A model generated the notes under the pieces. That model worked only from the letters and a program-made list of their open reading frames with translations, did no database searches and had not been told where the DNA came from. The translations under genes and the position numbers were made by a program. A stretch of DNA of 63,838 bases, counting the filler, from Parasitella parasitica NRRL 2501 (lineage: Eukaryota; Fungi; Mucoromycota): NCBI GenBank assembly GCA_025201805.1. It is 8 parts of 8 records of this genome, joined end to end, with 100 filler letters (N's around TTAATTAATTAA, not from the genome) between each part and the next. Parts side by side here need not be neighbours in the genome. Positions count along the whole stretch, not along the records: positions 1 to 19,518 come from MU619281.1; 7 more parts are not named here. One strand, 5' to 3'. Shown here in pieces: positions 1 to 13,674 of the stretch. The stretch's first letter is position 1. Every line of letters begins with the position of its first letter.

Positions 1-290
1 AAAACTGAAACACTTTCGACCAGGATTACCGATGCATGCAATGATGTATTGTACAGTGATCTTGAAGGTTCTGCTCGCTACTCTGTTAAGAAATTCGATG
101 TTTTTTTAGTGAAAGAGCCTTTGTAGTAAATGAATTTTACTTGCTCTGAAAATGTCTCAACGTTTTTTCCAAAAGTGTCCCAATATTTATTAGGCTAATG
201 TCCCAAATCATTTCTAGATTTGTCCCAATAGTTGTTCAGAATTGGTACCAAATTTTTTTCAAAATGTCTCAATAATTTCTGAAAAAAGTG
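1..290 (+). mobile_element. 3' end of a Tc1/IS630-family DNA transposon (transposase C-terminus plus subterminal repeats)
   Basis: Frame 1 reads KTETLSTRITDACNDVLYSDLEGSARYSVKKFDVFLVKEPL* (1-126), alignable by eye to TEENLSSRIADACNDIRFSDLYGFCDHS of the Tc1 transposases at 14.5-15.1 kb. It is followed by about six TGTCYCAA-like repeats (150-275). Confidence 0.7.
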
Positions 291-1074
291 TAATCTAAAG
301 ATAAAATGCTCCATCTCTGCTGGTTCAACTTTATTTGAGCTCCCGTAGTCGCTCAAAACTTGTTAGTTGGTAAAGTCGAAGTTAAACACTGTTTTCTCAA
401 TGAAAAATGTAATGAATTTAGCACCTTTTTAGGCCAAAACTCTTTATTTTCAGCCTCATTTTGCAGATTATTCATGTAATAGAAGTCTTTGCATTCAGTA
501 ACCCGACTTACTGAAGGGTTGTTTGAGACTTGATAGATGACCACTTTACTATAACGGTAGTCAATATTCTGAACTAAAATTTTTGCAGTTGAACCAAGGC
601 CATATTTGGTGCGATGAAATTTCGCCTTATCGCTGCATTTACCTCCTTTTCCATGAAAGAACCCAATTAATAGACCAGTCGAAATCTCATGTATATTACA
701 AGCCCTCCAATCTGCAATTCTGGTCTGGAGAGAGTAGATTCATTCAGATGCTGTATATACCATAAGCTTCCGCTTATCTCTCAGACCTTTGAAAAATACC
801 AAAATGAAACTAGCAATAAGTTTATAAGTAAAAACAGCCATGAACGTTTACAAATAGCAGGCCTTTCCTGATTCTTAATGATCGTTCACAACTGGACACA
901 AGAACACATGAGTTGGCAAAACTCAGATTACCTTTTTGTAGGATGATTCCACTCAGAGGACGTCATTCCCCTTTATTGGATAATTAACAACGTTTTCTTT
1001 TTCTCTCGTTCTTCTTTTCTCTTTTTCTATTCTTTTTTTACTATATAGTATTTGCAATAAATATAACAGCGTAG

Positions 1075-2337
1075 ATGACTACACAACAAGGAAAAACCTA
1101 TCAATTCAAGCTTGTACTTTTGGGTAAGTCTTGTACATTTTATATAGCCAAGGAAATGCATGTTCAATGTTTTATTGTCTTTAGGCGAGTCTGCTGTTGG
1201 AAAGTCAAGGTAAATGAAAGCAAATAATGATAATCTACTGCTTGTGGGAAAAATAAATGACTAACATGTCGTGGCTCATAGTTTAGTAATGCGTTTTGTT
1301 AAAGATCACTTTGATGAATATAGAGAAAGTACTATTGGTGGTAAGTGTGAATTCTGATAGCATTGAATGTTATTCTCTGTCTCGCTCTCTTTTTATTTTC
1401 GTTTTGTTTCTATCCCTTTCCGCTTATATATCAGATGAATATAAAGGGGGCAAAGGATAAACAAAATCCAAGTGGAAAAGGAGGGATAAAGAGGCAGAAA
1501 TTTTTTCACAAGGGATGCCCACCATTTTGCTCAATTTGTTTAATGACTTCCCTCCATGTAGCTGCTTTCTTGGCACAGACGATATCATTAGATGATAACA
1601 CTACAGTGAAATTTGAAATTTGGTAGGTTGTAAGAGTATTACACTAATACGAATGACTCATGCATAACACATTTAGGGACACAGCAGGCCAAGAGAGATA
1701 CAAGGTAACTTTTTTTCCCCTCTTTATCAATCGGATGATTTAAACTAAACGTTACTATTGTAAAGAGTTTGGCACCCATGTACTATCGTAATGCTAACTG
1801 TGCTGTGGTTGTGTATGATATCACCCAAGCTGTAAGTCGTCCTCGCTTGGTAATTGCCACGATTATCTAACTCGACTCTAGGCATCTTTGGATAAGGCTA
1901 AAGCCTGGGTCAACGAATTACAACGTCAAGCAGATCCCAACATTGTCATTGCATTAGCCGGTAACAAGTGTGACCTTGAAGGTAGAAGAGCCATTGAGAC
2001 CAAGGTAAGAAAGACTACTTGTCCCAGTTGCAGATCATCGATTAAATAACGGATTTGCTTAGACTGCTCAAGAATATGCTGATGAATCTGGTTTGTTGTT
2101 TTTCGAAACTTCTGCCAAAACTGCCAACAATGTAAATGAATTATTTCATGCGATAGCCAAACGCATGCCGCTTGATCAACTTGCGGATAGCTCGCGTAGC
2201 GGTAGAAATAGAGCAGGATTAAACTCTCGTGGTGGTGTAGATTTAGAAAACTCAGGAAACTCTTCTGCTGGTGGATGTGCCTGTAAGTTAATTTAGGATA
2301 CCTGTATCGTGTATAACTGACACTTTTTATAGGTTAG
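1075..2337 (+). CDS. RAB5: Rab5/Ypt51-family small GTPase (multi-exon)
   Basis: Spliced reading: [17 protein letters not shown]|ESAVGKSS|[19 protein letters not shown]|AAFLAQT...FEIW|DTAGQERYK|[10 protein letters not shown]...LAGNKCDL...FFETSAKT...GGCAC*. GT-AG introns; Rab5 signatures IGAAFL and SLAPMYYR. Confidence 0.95.
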
Positions 2338-3359
2338 GTTAATTTCCATATTGCTGATCTCTTTCACCCCTTCTCTTTCTTCTCTCTATCTTTTCTCTTC
2401 ATTAATGTATTGCTACCCTAATTATATTCTTTCTATATGAATCCTATACAACGCACGTTTTCAGATACTACACACCTTCAATAAATTCCTTTTTTATTAA
2501 ACGTTTGGTTTGTAGTTCGAGAATGAGCATTTAAGGTTCCGTCAAACCAATCAATATTGTTGCATAACGGTATTAGCTTAACAAGAGTAGATAAATGGCC
2601 ATGGACACGGTCAATATAAGATTCGATTGCATTGACTGGAGCCAAATGGAAATAGTGATTGCGTAAAAAGATTAATGTACACATTGTTTATTGGCAATAC
2701 TGGCCAATTTACTATGGATTCAGAATAAGGCATACATCATTTAGGGTAGGTATGATTACACTGAGTGGGCCTAGTATCAAGGTATTATCAGCACGTTTCA
2801 AATAAGTTTCATAAAGCAAAAATTAACAGCTAGAGTTGATCAATTTTTCGTTTGTATCAAACATAGGGGGGCACACCAATTTAACTTTATGACATCCGAG
2901 GCTTGGTTCAAACCCACACTGACATGCCACAGAAAAAGTAGCACTAGGGCGCCTCTCCCGCTTTCGTCAGATAACATTTGACCTTCGCAACAACATTTTT
3001 TGATAAAATCAAAAGAGAAGGGGGGGGGGCAATATGGGATCAAAATACATGATGAAGGGTTTACAGTTGTTAATGGATTTTTACACTTAGTGGGTTCCGG
3101 GTCAAATTTTCTGCAAAAGCATATTCCCCACCACCGTACTATCCGCAGTGAGTTACCTAGTTCCAATGCCCTGTACCAAGATCATACTCAACGGAGATCA
3201 GGCTATCTTCGAATATTTTATAAACCAAAAAAAAAAATATCAGAATTTATTTGCTTGATTATTTAGTTCAAGTATTGCTACTTGCTTGAGTTTTGTCGCA
3301 AAAAGATGTGCATGTTAATCAAATGTTTTGCGCGTAGTGCTTTATTTATCATACATAAA

Positions 3360-6300
3360 TCATCTCTGTCTAGATGCTGAACCGTCTCTTGTCATTGGAG
3401 CATTGTTATAAAATTGATTATAATCCAAACGAACAACCAGGCACAAATATTGCACAGTTTCCTGTGCCGAGTAGAAATTAAGAGCATCGATCAACAGTTT
3501 CATATGGTACAAGAATGAGTCTTCAATTTTAGAAAGGGCGCGGTTGATGTTTTCAAAAGATGCCCACGTAGTATCATGTACTCCAGCAATGGGCACGCCA
3601 AATCTATCTATAGTCTGTCCATCTTGCAGAATAGCCAAGATGTTGGTGTATTTTTCTGCTTGTGTCGTGAAACTCATGCAAGATCCGATCAATTTGTTGA
3701 AAATCTAACGTCAATGGCACGTCAATACAGCATATTTATATATTTAAATACATAAAAAGACTCACACGTAATAGCTTAGAGTGTGTCAGCATACATTCTT
3801 TCAAGCAAGTATCTAGAAAGTCGGAATGATACTGCAGCACTTGATCAACGGTGGTTATGTTCTTCAAATTTGCTTCTAATCGACGCCAGTTTGGCTCTAG
3901 CACCTCATTTGTCACATAGTACGCAAACTGTTGTATGAATGTAAGCATACGGTTTCTCAGCGAAAATATTCTAAATTTCCAATGCTCAATATTTGCATCT
4001 GCTGATTTTCGTTTCCATAAAGAGTTCTTTTGATCCATCCATGCGCTGCATAGTAAATCCTCTACGTGTTTCATATTGAGAATATGGCGAAATAAGAGCT
4101 GATACTTGGTAAGAGCTTTGCGAGATATTACTAGTGAGAGTGGAAATGTCACCGTATAATCTAAGACCAACGCTTCATAGCCTGAAAGTGGCTCCTTGCT
4201 GGCTGCTAACGCATTTGACATGAGGCTGCTAGATAAACTTTGGCCTCTTTCTCGTCCGCCATTAGTGCCTACTAACCCTCCTGTATTGAATGTCGATAAT
4301 CGAGAGTTTGCTGGTGCCGACTCCACGCCAGACACACTAATAATACGCAATAGCTGGTCGATGAGACGCAAGTGGCTCATAGACACCTTTACGTCTTCTT
4401 TGAATGGATCATAGGCTGCTACCGAGGATGGATTTCTTAATACCAAATCCATCAATGACTGTAGCCTAGTTTGAGAAATATCTGAAGACGCACGCTTCAA
4501 TTCGTCTTTGGCCAAATCTAGAAAAGATGTCAAAAAGTCGGATTGATCCAAGAAAAAGTAGTGCTTCAAAGAACTAAGGCGTCAAAAAAAGTTATTATAA
4601 ATAAAGACATGCATTACAATAGCACGCCTACTCACCGTAAACGTGGAATTAATTGTTGGTCCTTGAGTAGCAGATTCAGTAGTGTTTGATTTGCATACTT
4701 GTAGGCAATATCTAGACTCTTTACAAATCTAAAGACATACTCATCAGCATGCTATTGCCATTTATCTGCATAGAATCCTTACCGACTCCCGTCCACAGCG
4801 GCCCAAACTTCACTTCTTGTTGGCATAAATGTTGAATGCGGCGCTCGCTGGTGACGAGGAGGAGTCAAAGATGGGATACTCGTATTTTCACTCTGTCCCA
4901 AGACGTCGCTTTGCATCTCCTGGGAATTTGCAATCCTGACACCACATTCTCGCACCACATTCAAGAATTTACCTGCCAACAAGATTTGGTTCTTCATAGG
5001 TTCGAGAAATCCAGGCACGCTTCCCTCACGGATGGTATATCGAGTTTCCCAGTAAGTATCGTTATAATCTTCTTTTAGATTCTCTTTTTTGACACTCTTT
5101 CTCTCTAACACCATAAACTCGTTGTACGAATCCTTGATTTCTCCGTGGTAAATCCAAAAATTCAAAATTTCAAAATAGGGTACAGACGCCTTTGAAAGAA
5201 GATTTGTATAGATTTTTTTGCACTTGGGGTCACTGTTTAAGTGTTTTAGCGACAAAAGCAAACAAGCAGAACTCCTCATTACTCACCCACTGAGGCCTAT
5301 TAATCTCTCTGCTAAAATGTTGAGAATAGCACCGCCTTTTTGGTTTTCTGGTATTTGTACTTCTCCGTTTGCCTCTTCTTGCTGCAGACCTTCTATGACA
5401 ACTTCGATATTATCTTCTTCATCGTCCACGATCTTTGAAGACTTAATTGATCGTATAGTCATGGCGAGATTATGCAGGATTTTCATGCTTTGCAGGAGTT
5501 CTTGCGCATGGAACCAGAGTCTCTGTAATGTGAATGAGGTTGACGTTTGAAATTCATGTTCCAATTGAGCAATAAATGTCATATATTCCTTCACAAAGAC
5601 TCGCATACCAGCACAAAGTGCATGGTTGACTGTCCCGTATTCAAAACGAGAGAACTGATCGATGAATGCGTTGGTGGACATGTAATATGTTGCTAATGGC
5701 AGGATTTTCTCTGCTAGATGATTTAAGCTAGGATCTACAACTATAGTTGAGTGTCTTTCTGTCCTTCAAGCCTCCTCACCCCTCCCACTCCTCAAGAAGT
5801 TTTTAGGATATTACCTAGTGTTGGGTCAATGGTGTACGTTATTAAATTCCAGGTATTCTCGTCTTGTTTCTGTTGCAAATACTGTGGACCGACATCTTCC
5901 ATAATATCTTCGTCATCCAGTAACGCTCTTGGATAGTTGCATTTGATGTACTGGCCATCGATGCCCTGGAAAGGATATGCAGACTCAGTTAGTTTCGCCA
6001 GATGGTGACAAAGTCGGACGGTTTGCTTACAATCAGTACGTATAACAAGTCTTCTATAACCGCATATTCTTGGATCTGAACTGAATAATCACCCACATTA
6101 TTTTGATGGACTGTAGTAGTGCTTTGTTGGCCTGTATAAACTTAGCCTTGCTTCAATCTACAATATGATCTACTGTTACTTTACCTGACGGAATATTTAT
6201 GGAAGCAAGGCCTGATTGAAAGGATGGCTCTGTATCGTCAAGCATGCTCGTATTCAAAGACGGCACCGACCCACTTCTAATATTGGCAAGATTTCTGCTA

Positions 6301-6546
6301 ATCTAATAAAAAAACGTACAATTCAGAATGGCCTATTCTTCACAACGGTTGGAATCTTACTTTGCTAAGCTGATTTTCTGATAGCAAAACACTTTTTCTG
6401 GCAGCACTGGAGGTGTTATTCGTAATAGTATTTTTTGAATCAGCGTGGGCAGGCGCGCTTGATGAAGATGATGTCAAAGCCGTTCTAAAGGGTCTCTCTG
6501 TCCTAAATGAAGGCGATTGAGTGGGTGATCTAGCTATTCGTGACAT
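3360..6546 (-). CDS. TUBGCP2: gamma-tubulin complex component 2 (Spc97/Alp4/GCP2), multi-exon
   Basis: Exons encode EYGTVNHALCAGMR, YTNLLSKASVPYFEIL..WIYHGEIKDSYNEFMV, KHYFFLDQSDFLTSFLDLAKDEL, LDYTVTFPLSLVISRKALTKYQLLFRH and FLDTCLKECMLT, characteristic of GCP2 GRIP domains. Confidence 0.9.
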
Positions 6547-6838
6547 ATTTCTTGGATGAATAATAACAAAATAGTTTAAGTTGTACGTGAATGTTTTTCA
6601 GAGAAAAACCCACTTCATTTGAACACCCGGTCAGGGTGCCCAAGGAGGAGGCACTCAAATACAACACATAAATCACTGATTGTAATGTAGCGAATAGAAA
6701 AATAATTGGTGAGTTTATTATGATCAAAAAATATACAATGTTGAATTAGGTTTAATATATTTACAATAAAGAAAATGATATATATTTGTGTATGTGTGTT
6801 GAACAAGTTGATAGCAAAATCACTACCTCATTAGAACT

Positions 6839-8376
6839 TCAGACATCCTCATCGATGCCGCACAACTCATCTTGAGTCTTCTCTTTAGATTCTTGCATTG
6901 CGTCTGTATTTACAGCTAAAAAGCCAACTACAACAAGCAAAGCACCAATTGAATATCTGACACCAGGTATAAATCCTTTGAAGACGATATCTCCGATCAA
7001 AGCAAGAGGAATCTATATAATATGCATGTTTAATATATGGACAACAAAACTTGAGACTAAACTTACAGTCAAGGAAATACCCAATGTTACTACAAGAGGG
7101 GAAGTCATGAGCATTGATAACAACCACAGATAGTCGGATCTGCATACAAATCCGGTTAAAGATATACAAACAAAGATTTACGAATGATAAGCAAACTCAC
7201 AAAAAGGTGCCGATGAAAGCATTCAATAAGATAACAACCCACAAGGTAGGGTTCAAGGGCATCTGGAATGTCTCGAGGCCAAAGTGATCAAGGATGAGTA
7301 TCATGGGCCATAATAACAAGACATTGAAGGCACCAACAAAACCAAAAAATAACGACATGTCAATACGGTCTTCGCTGCCGATTCTCACCTTTAGCACCGT
7401 CGTGTAACAGCCATAGAAGACAGCGCCTAACAGCGCAAGAATATCCCCAACGAGAGGTAAATGACCTTGATGAGCCAAAAGAGGATCTTTATCAATAATA
7501 TCGCCTCCTCCACTCAACTGATCAGAATAAGAAACGAGTGATACCCCCATTAGACTACAGCCGATAACATCAGTACCAGCCAAGAAGTAACTACATAAGA
7601 CAAGTAATGTGACATACCTCACAATGACCGCAATAATCTTGATCAGATTCATCTTCTCGACCTTGAACATGGCGCCGATACCCAAAGTAAACAAACCAGA
7701 CATGGATGATAGTATAGTGCTGCTTCCCACTGTGGTGTATGCTAAGCTAGCATTGGTTGTATAGTTCGCAATAAACCATAGGATGCAAAACTCTAAACTT
7801 AATCTGATGGTATCGTAGGTCGATAGTTTGTGGCTATTGGCTGTCACTACATCAGTTGACTCCGAAACTGCAGCATAGGTCGTTGTATGCTGATTAGATG
7901 ATCAGTTTTAATATCAATGCAAAAAAAAGGGGGAGAACGAGGAAATGCATACCTCTAAACATCTGTTGCTATGGTTATCGAGTAATCTAAACAAAGAAGA
8001 AATCAATGAACACATGTAATAAAGTGTATGCTTGGATATTCAGCTAATTAATCAAGACATTTACTTTTGGCTTTCGTCTGCTGGAGAAATTGGCAATGGA
8101 TTCGAATGTTTCTGACGCCATTTCTTGAATAAAAGTGGTATAAGATAGAACGAAAATGTCGCTGTATTCAAGTATGTGACAAGAAAAGGCTTGTTGTATT
8201 CCATGTCACCAAATATGCTCTGTAAATTTAAATGAGATTTACAGAAAAAGGTATATGACTGATTACACATTTACGTTCATTGCAAATGAAGATGCAACCC
8301 ATATGAAGACAACAGCAGCAAGAGCGAGAATACCTCCCCAATATCTCTTCTGTGATGGATCTTTCAAGTCTGACAT
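6839..8376 (-). CDS. EamA/SLC35F-type drug/metabolite transporter (Thi74/YML018C-like), multi-exon
   Basis: MSDLKDPSQKRYWGGILALAAVVFIWVASSF..., YNKPFLVTYLNTATFSFYL, FCILWFIANYTTNASLAYTTVGSSTILSSMSGLFTL, GDILALLGAVFYGCY, IPLALIGD...DEDV*. Confidence 0.88.
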
Positions 8377-9634
8377 GGCTATTTTCGAGGTATATTATGG
8401 TGAAAAGAAGGTTGATGCTTGCTTAACTTGCAAAAAAGATTTTATATGCTTACAAGGTGACTTTAATTGCTCATTAATGGCAGGGTTGATTGGATAAAAA
8501 TGATAAATACACCAATACCCAATGAAATTAACATTGCAACAAATCGAAATCTTCTAATCTAAAACCAAGGAATGCTTTGCAGAAACCGAAAGTATTTGAT
8601 AGTATACCAAAATCAGTTGCATCATTGCAATTTACGACAGGATATGATTTGAGCATGTATATAACCTCGTTCTTCCAAATAGATGAACTGTCTCTAACAT
8701 GTCAAATTTGTATTACATTTTTTGCAAGCTTAATGTTGTCAGCTAAAATTTGAATTAATGACATGGGCTTAAATTGCACGCCACTGATTAATTTAGTTGT
8801 TCTAGTCAGGCAGTATTTAGCTCATATGTCCAAGACTAATCGCTGGTGCTTTTGTTGTTTGATCCTGGTATATTCCAAGAGTTAAATGAAGTACCAAAAA
8901 CCACAGCGGATAGCCATTTTTCGCCAAATAAACTATCTTATTGATACTTTGCTCATTGTCGCTAAACTAAAAGTAGCTTATGCTTTGAGACAAATAAGGC
9001 GGTTCAGTTAGGAATAACCCTTACTGAGGAATTTGCTGGCGTATCAATTTTCTTATTAGTTACCCCTCACATCAATATGAATACGATGATAGCTAATTGC
9101 AGTGCAAGCATCAACATTTAACCTATTGGCTTTTCTTTCTCAGATTGCCAAAACGATTTAGCCACAAGGTCAACAGAGTCAGAGAGACATTGTGCAATTT
9201 GTTGCCAATTTTAACTACTATAGCTCACAGAAGAGATTAGCATTAGTTGTTTCTTAGTTATGCGATGCTAGCAATTACGACAATGTTTAGCTCAATTAAT
9301 GTCTACATATTAATTTATTTGTATTTGTTGTACATACTTATGGGAGCGCATAATGGTAACATACAGAGCCATTCTAGGCTTTAATGACTGTTTTTAATCT
9401 CTATCCATTGAAGGTGAAAAGGATCCTCCCCCTTCTTTCTCTTTCCTCCTACCAGCCATCTTCTTGGTATAATCCTTACCATTTAGTTTATGAACTGTAC
9501 TAGTGTATAGCAAACTAATAATAATTACAGAAAGTAAAAATAACAAAAACTTACCAAGTCCTTATAACCTTAATTTTTTTTTTGTTGTTACTTAATGTTA
9601 TTAAATTAGGGAGACCATCAACCAAAATTACAGT

Positions 9635-12200
9635 ATGTCTTTGAGCCAAGTTTCAACTGGTTGGGAAGAGAATAGAAAATATGGCGTTATTATAGATGCT
9701 GGTTCCTCCGGATCTAGAGTGTATGTCTACTCCTGGAAGGATCATGAATTTGCCAAAAGTTCATTTACGATAGAAGAATTGAAAGGGAAAATTCCTATTG
9801 TCGAAAGAGGCGATAAAGATGGCCTAAAATGGACGAGCAGAGAAGAACCAGGTCAGTGGATTATCGTTGTGTGTATAAAGATTGGAGTGTATTCATAATC
9901 AGAAATCAGGAATATCGACTTTCGGCTCAAAACCAAATGAAGTGGGTGAACATCTCGATACGTTACTTGATTTCTCTAAAGAAGTCGTACCAGAAGATAT
10001 CCACACTTCAACACCTATCTTTTTAATGGCAACAGCTGGCATGCGCCTACTACCAGAAGAACAACAAACCCAACTATTGCGTACAACATGCAACTATATG
10101 CGTGAAAAAACATCATTTTTTATTAGCGATTGCGATAATCATGTTCGAATTATTCCTGGAGAATTAGAAGGAGTTTATGGTTGGGTTGCCGTCAATTATC
10201 TAATGGGTGGATTCGATAATAGTATAAAAGCTTACACAGAGAAGAATACCAACGATCAGATAGAACAACACCATACATTTGGATTTTTAGACATGGGAGG
10301 CGCGTCTGCTCAGATTGCGTTTGAACCAGAACATCACCAACGACAAGAACACATGCATGATTTGACACGCATAACTCTCCACACATTAGACGGGAGAACA
10401 GTGGATTATGATGTATTTGTAACTACATTTCTGGGCTATGGAAGTAACGAAGCCAGAAGACGATATCTCGAAGACCGTGTCAAGAGTTTATTTGCCACCT
10501 CTAATGGTAAAAATCTATTGGATGAGCATCGGATGCTACAGCTTGATGATCCATGTCTTCCTTTGAATTTGAATATGACAGATACAAGCTCAACAAGCGT
10601 TGCGTTATCGCTTCATGGCACTGGTGATTTTGACAAGTGTATCGAGTACACTGTACCGTTGCTGAACAAAGATGCCGACTGCCCGACAAAGCCATGTTTA
10701 TTTAACGGTGTTCATACTCCCGACATCGACTGGTCCGTTAATAAGTTTGTGGGCATTTCCGAGTACTGGTATGCATCACATGATCTCCTTGGTTTAGGTG
10801 GTGTATACGATTTCATCGAATATGAAAAAAAGGCGAGCGATTTTTGTGGTAGGGATTGGTCTCGAGTGTTGGAAGAAAACCAAGAACTCGGTACTGCCGA
10901 AGTGCATCGTTATCAGATGCAATGCTTTAAATCAGCTTGGATTGTGAATGTGCTGCATGAAGGTATTGAAATCCCAAGGATCAAAAATCCAAGTGGACAT
11001 CACAATTTGACAGAGGATCAAGAGATTTTGGAACAAACAATCGAAAGTGTAGACGCTAAAAACTGGAACCCCCCTTTTCAAAGTATTGACACGATCAACG
11101 ACATTCAAGTATCTTGGACTTTGGGCGCCATGTTACTACATGTTGCAAGCAAAATCCCTCTTGTTGACCATCAAGATGGATTTTTAGGACACAGTACAGA
11201 TGATGAGGGACCACATGAAATTGCCGATGGAGTTACACAGAATCCTAATCCCTCCGTTTCGCATGACAATGAAAACATGAGCTTTTTAGAAGATGTTCGG
11301 AATAGATCAAGGCCAACAACATTGACTATCGTGTCTTTTATATTCACGACAATAATTGTTGTCTGGCTTCTGATGAAATACTTGCAAAAGAGACGAAATT
11401 GCATCAACCGGAACAATGTTGGAGCGAACGGGGGTATTCTTGGCAGCGACACTGTAATTACTGGAGCAGGGTCGGCATGGCATTTTGTGAACCCAGTGAC
11501 ATATCTAAGCTCAATCGCAAACTCAATTTCACGATCAACAATATCGATGAGGCATTGGGCATCTAAATTATTACTTGGGAGAAGTAACCAGCAATATTCA
11601 AGTGTGAGTAACGTTATACCGGTGGATATGGACACATTTGATGATGGAAGTGGTAATGTCGTGAATGGCACAACCGACAACAATGTATCAATTAATATAC
11701 CAAATAATGATCGAGTTCTTGGAGTGCACAACAAAGCACCAAGTGTCATCTCCAAGCAATACTGGAGCAAGAAGCGTTATAGTGGCGACAGTCATAGTGG
11801 CATATTTCACATGAATGATGTAGTAGAAGGCTCAAGCGTGCTGCCTTTTAGAACTTCCTCTGCCATGGGTTTAGCAAATCGAAATAGCAGTGCATCTAAT
11901 TTGACAGCTCGTACGGGCAGCTCTCCTAATCTGAATGGCTTGGTAAATGGTTTAACGGCTATGGACCGATCACCGTCACCCCTTACTGCCGAACTCAATC
12001 TAACCAGATCAAGATCACGAGTTGGATTCATAATTCATGAACAATCTGATGAGGAGGATTACGTTATGAGCGATGGACCTTTACCATCAGATACTCCAGC
12101 TGCTGCATGGCTTCAGAATGCCACTCGACTCGCAAGCCCTAGAGTGAGTCCGCGAGGCAGTTTAGATGAGCGTAGAAAGAAGAAGGAAGAAACAGATTAA
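9635..12200 (+). CDS. YND1: GDA1/CD39-family nucleoside phosphatase (Ynd1-like Golgi apyrase), one intron ~9852-9903
   Basis: Apyrase conserved regions IIDAGSSGSRVYVY, LMATAGMRLL, EGVYGWVAVNY, LDMGGASAQIAF and SWTLGAM. A single C-proximal TM helix followed by a Ser-rich tail, as in Ynd1. Confidence 0.9.
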
Positions 12201-12393
12201 TAATATAACATTCCCTAATTTAATAGATATCAACTTAATAAACTCACTGACATTACCTCGTAAAGATGTTTCGGACTGCTTAGGATATACGGTACTTAGA
12301 GAAGTGGCTTTTTTTTGCTAAAAGCAGCTTTTTTTTTTTTTCCAAGTTGACTTTCTTGAAAAACTGCTTTACACATTTATATCTTTAATAACC

Positions 12394-13386
12394 ATGTCTA
12401 CTTTGTATAAAGCTGCTGAATTGATCAAGACCAAGACCAATGATCGCAAATCAAAGGATAAAAGAGTAAACAAGCAAAGAGTAATGATGCTCTCTTCTCG
12501 TGGTGTGACTTTTCGGTAATTTCATATTTGACACATTTTGATAATCCAAATGCTAACTAGCTATAACTAGCTATCGCCACTTGCTCACTGATCTCGAAGC
12601 CTTATTACCTCATTCCAAAAAAGATGCCAAACTTGACACAAAAAACAACCTTTATATTTTGAATGAATTGGCGGATCTCAACAACTGTAATAATGCAGTG
12701 TTTTTCGAAGTTAGAAAGAAGCAGGATTTGTATGTTTGGATGGCCAAGACCCCTAATGGACCTTCTGTAAAGTTTCATCTTCAAAATTTACATACCATGG
12801 ATGAATTGAAGATGACGGGTAATTGCTTGAAGGGTTCTAGACATATTCTGTCATTTGATAAGACATTTGACTCTGCCCCTCATTGGGGTCTTTTGAAAGA
12901 ATTATTGGGTCAAGTATTCAATGTACCCAAGGGCTCTAGACGGTCCAAACCTTTCATTGATCACGTTTTATCTTTCTCCATCGTCGATAATCGTGTTTGG
13001 TTTAGAAACTATCAAGTAAGTTAGGAAAAAAATGTCAAAATTGAATCGAATCTGCGAGTTAACTATTTTGTAAATAGATTGTTGAAAAGAATGCCACAAA
13101 CACTCCTGGTTTCGATCCTTTGGACAAGGAAGACATTTCGTTAGTTGAAATTGGTCCTCGTTTCTGTCTCACTCCCATTCGTATCTTTGAAGGTTCATTT
13201 GGTGGCCCAACAGTGTTTGAAAATCCTGAATTTGTTCATCCCAACTTTGTTCGTTCAGCTATTCGTAAAGATAAACTTCAAAAATATAGTAATAGACAAA
13301 AGAATCAAAGCGAGCGTGAAGCTAGAATCAAGATTGCAGAAGAAAGCAGAGAAACAGATTCTAGTGATAAGCGTGTTTTTAAGTAA
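12394..13386 (+). CDS. BRX1: ribosome biogenesis protein Brx1 (Brix domain), three exons
   Basis: NKQRVMMLSSRGVTFR|YRHLLTDLEALLPHSKKDAKLD...NLHTMDELKMTGNCLKGSR...WFRNYQ|I...LVEIGPRFCLTPIRIFEGSFGG. Confidence 0.96.
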
Positions 13387-13674
13387 TAATAAATCAACTG
13401 TGTGTAGACTCAGTAGAATCAATATCAGGCGCACAGTGTATGATTCTGATTCCAAGCATTTAGTTGGTTTGCAAAAAATAAATGTCGTTTAGCCAAAAAT
13501 GATTGTCGGTTATTAAAAATGTATTTGTTGGCTTGTGCTTTAGTAATTGTCGTTTTGAGTTAGGGGAATTGTCGGATTTGGTTAAGTCAAATTGGCGAAA
13601 TACTGTATAAGGCTAGTCGCCATATGTGTCCCTGAAGCTTTCCCTTTTCTTTTGCCTTTATATCAAATTTTGCA

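Noticed and set aside
8520-9350. Recurring TTTAGC/GCTAAA short motifs in the intergenic region
   Set aside because: No definable terminal repeats or periodicity; compatible with AT-rich background or an old repeat.
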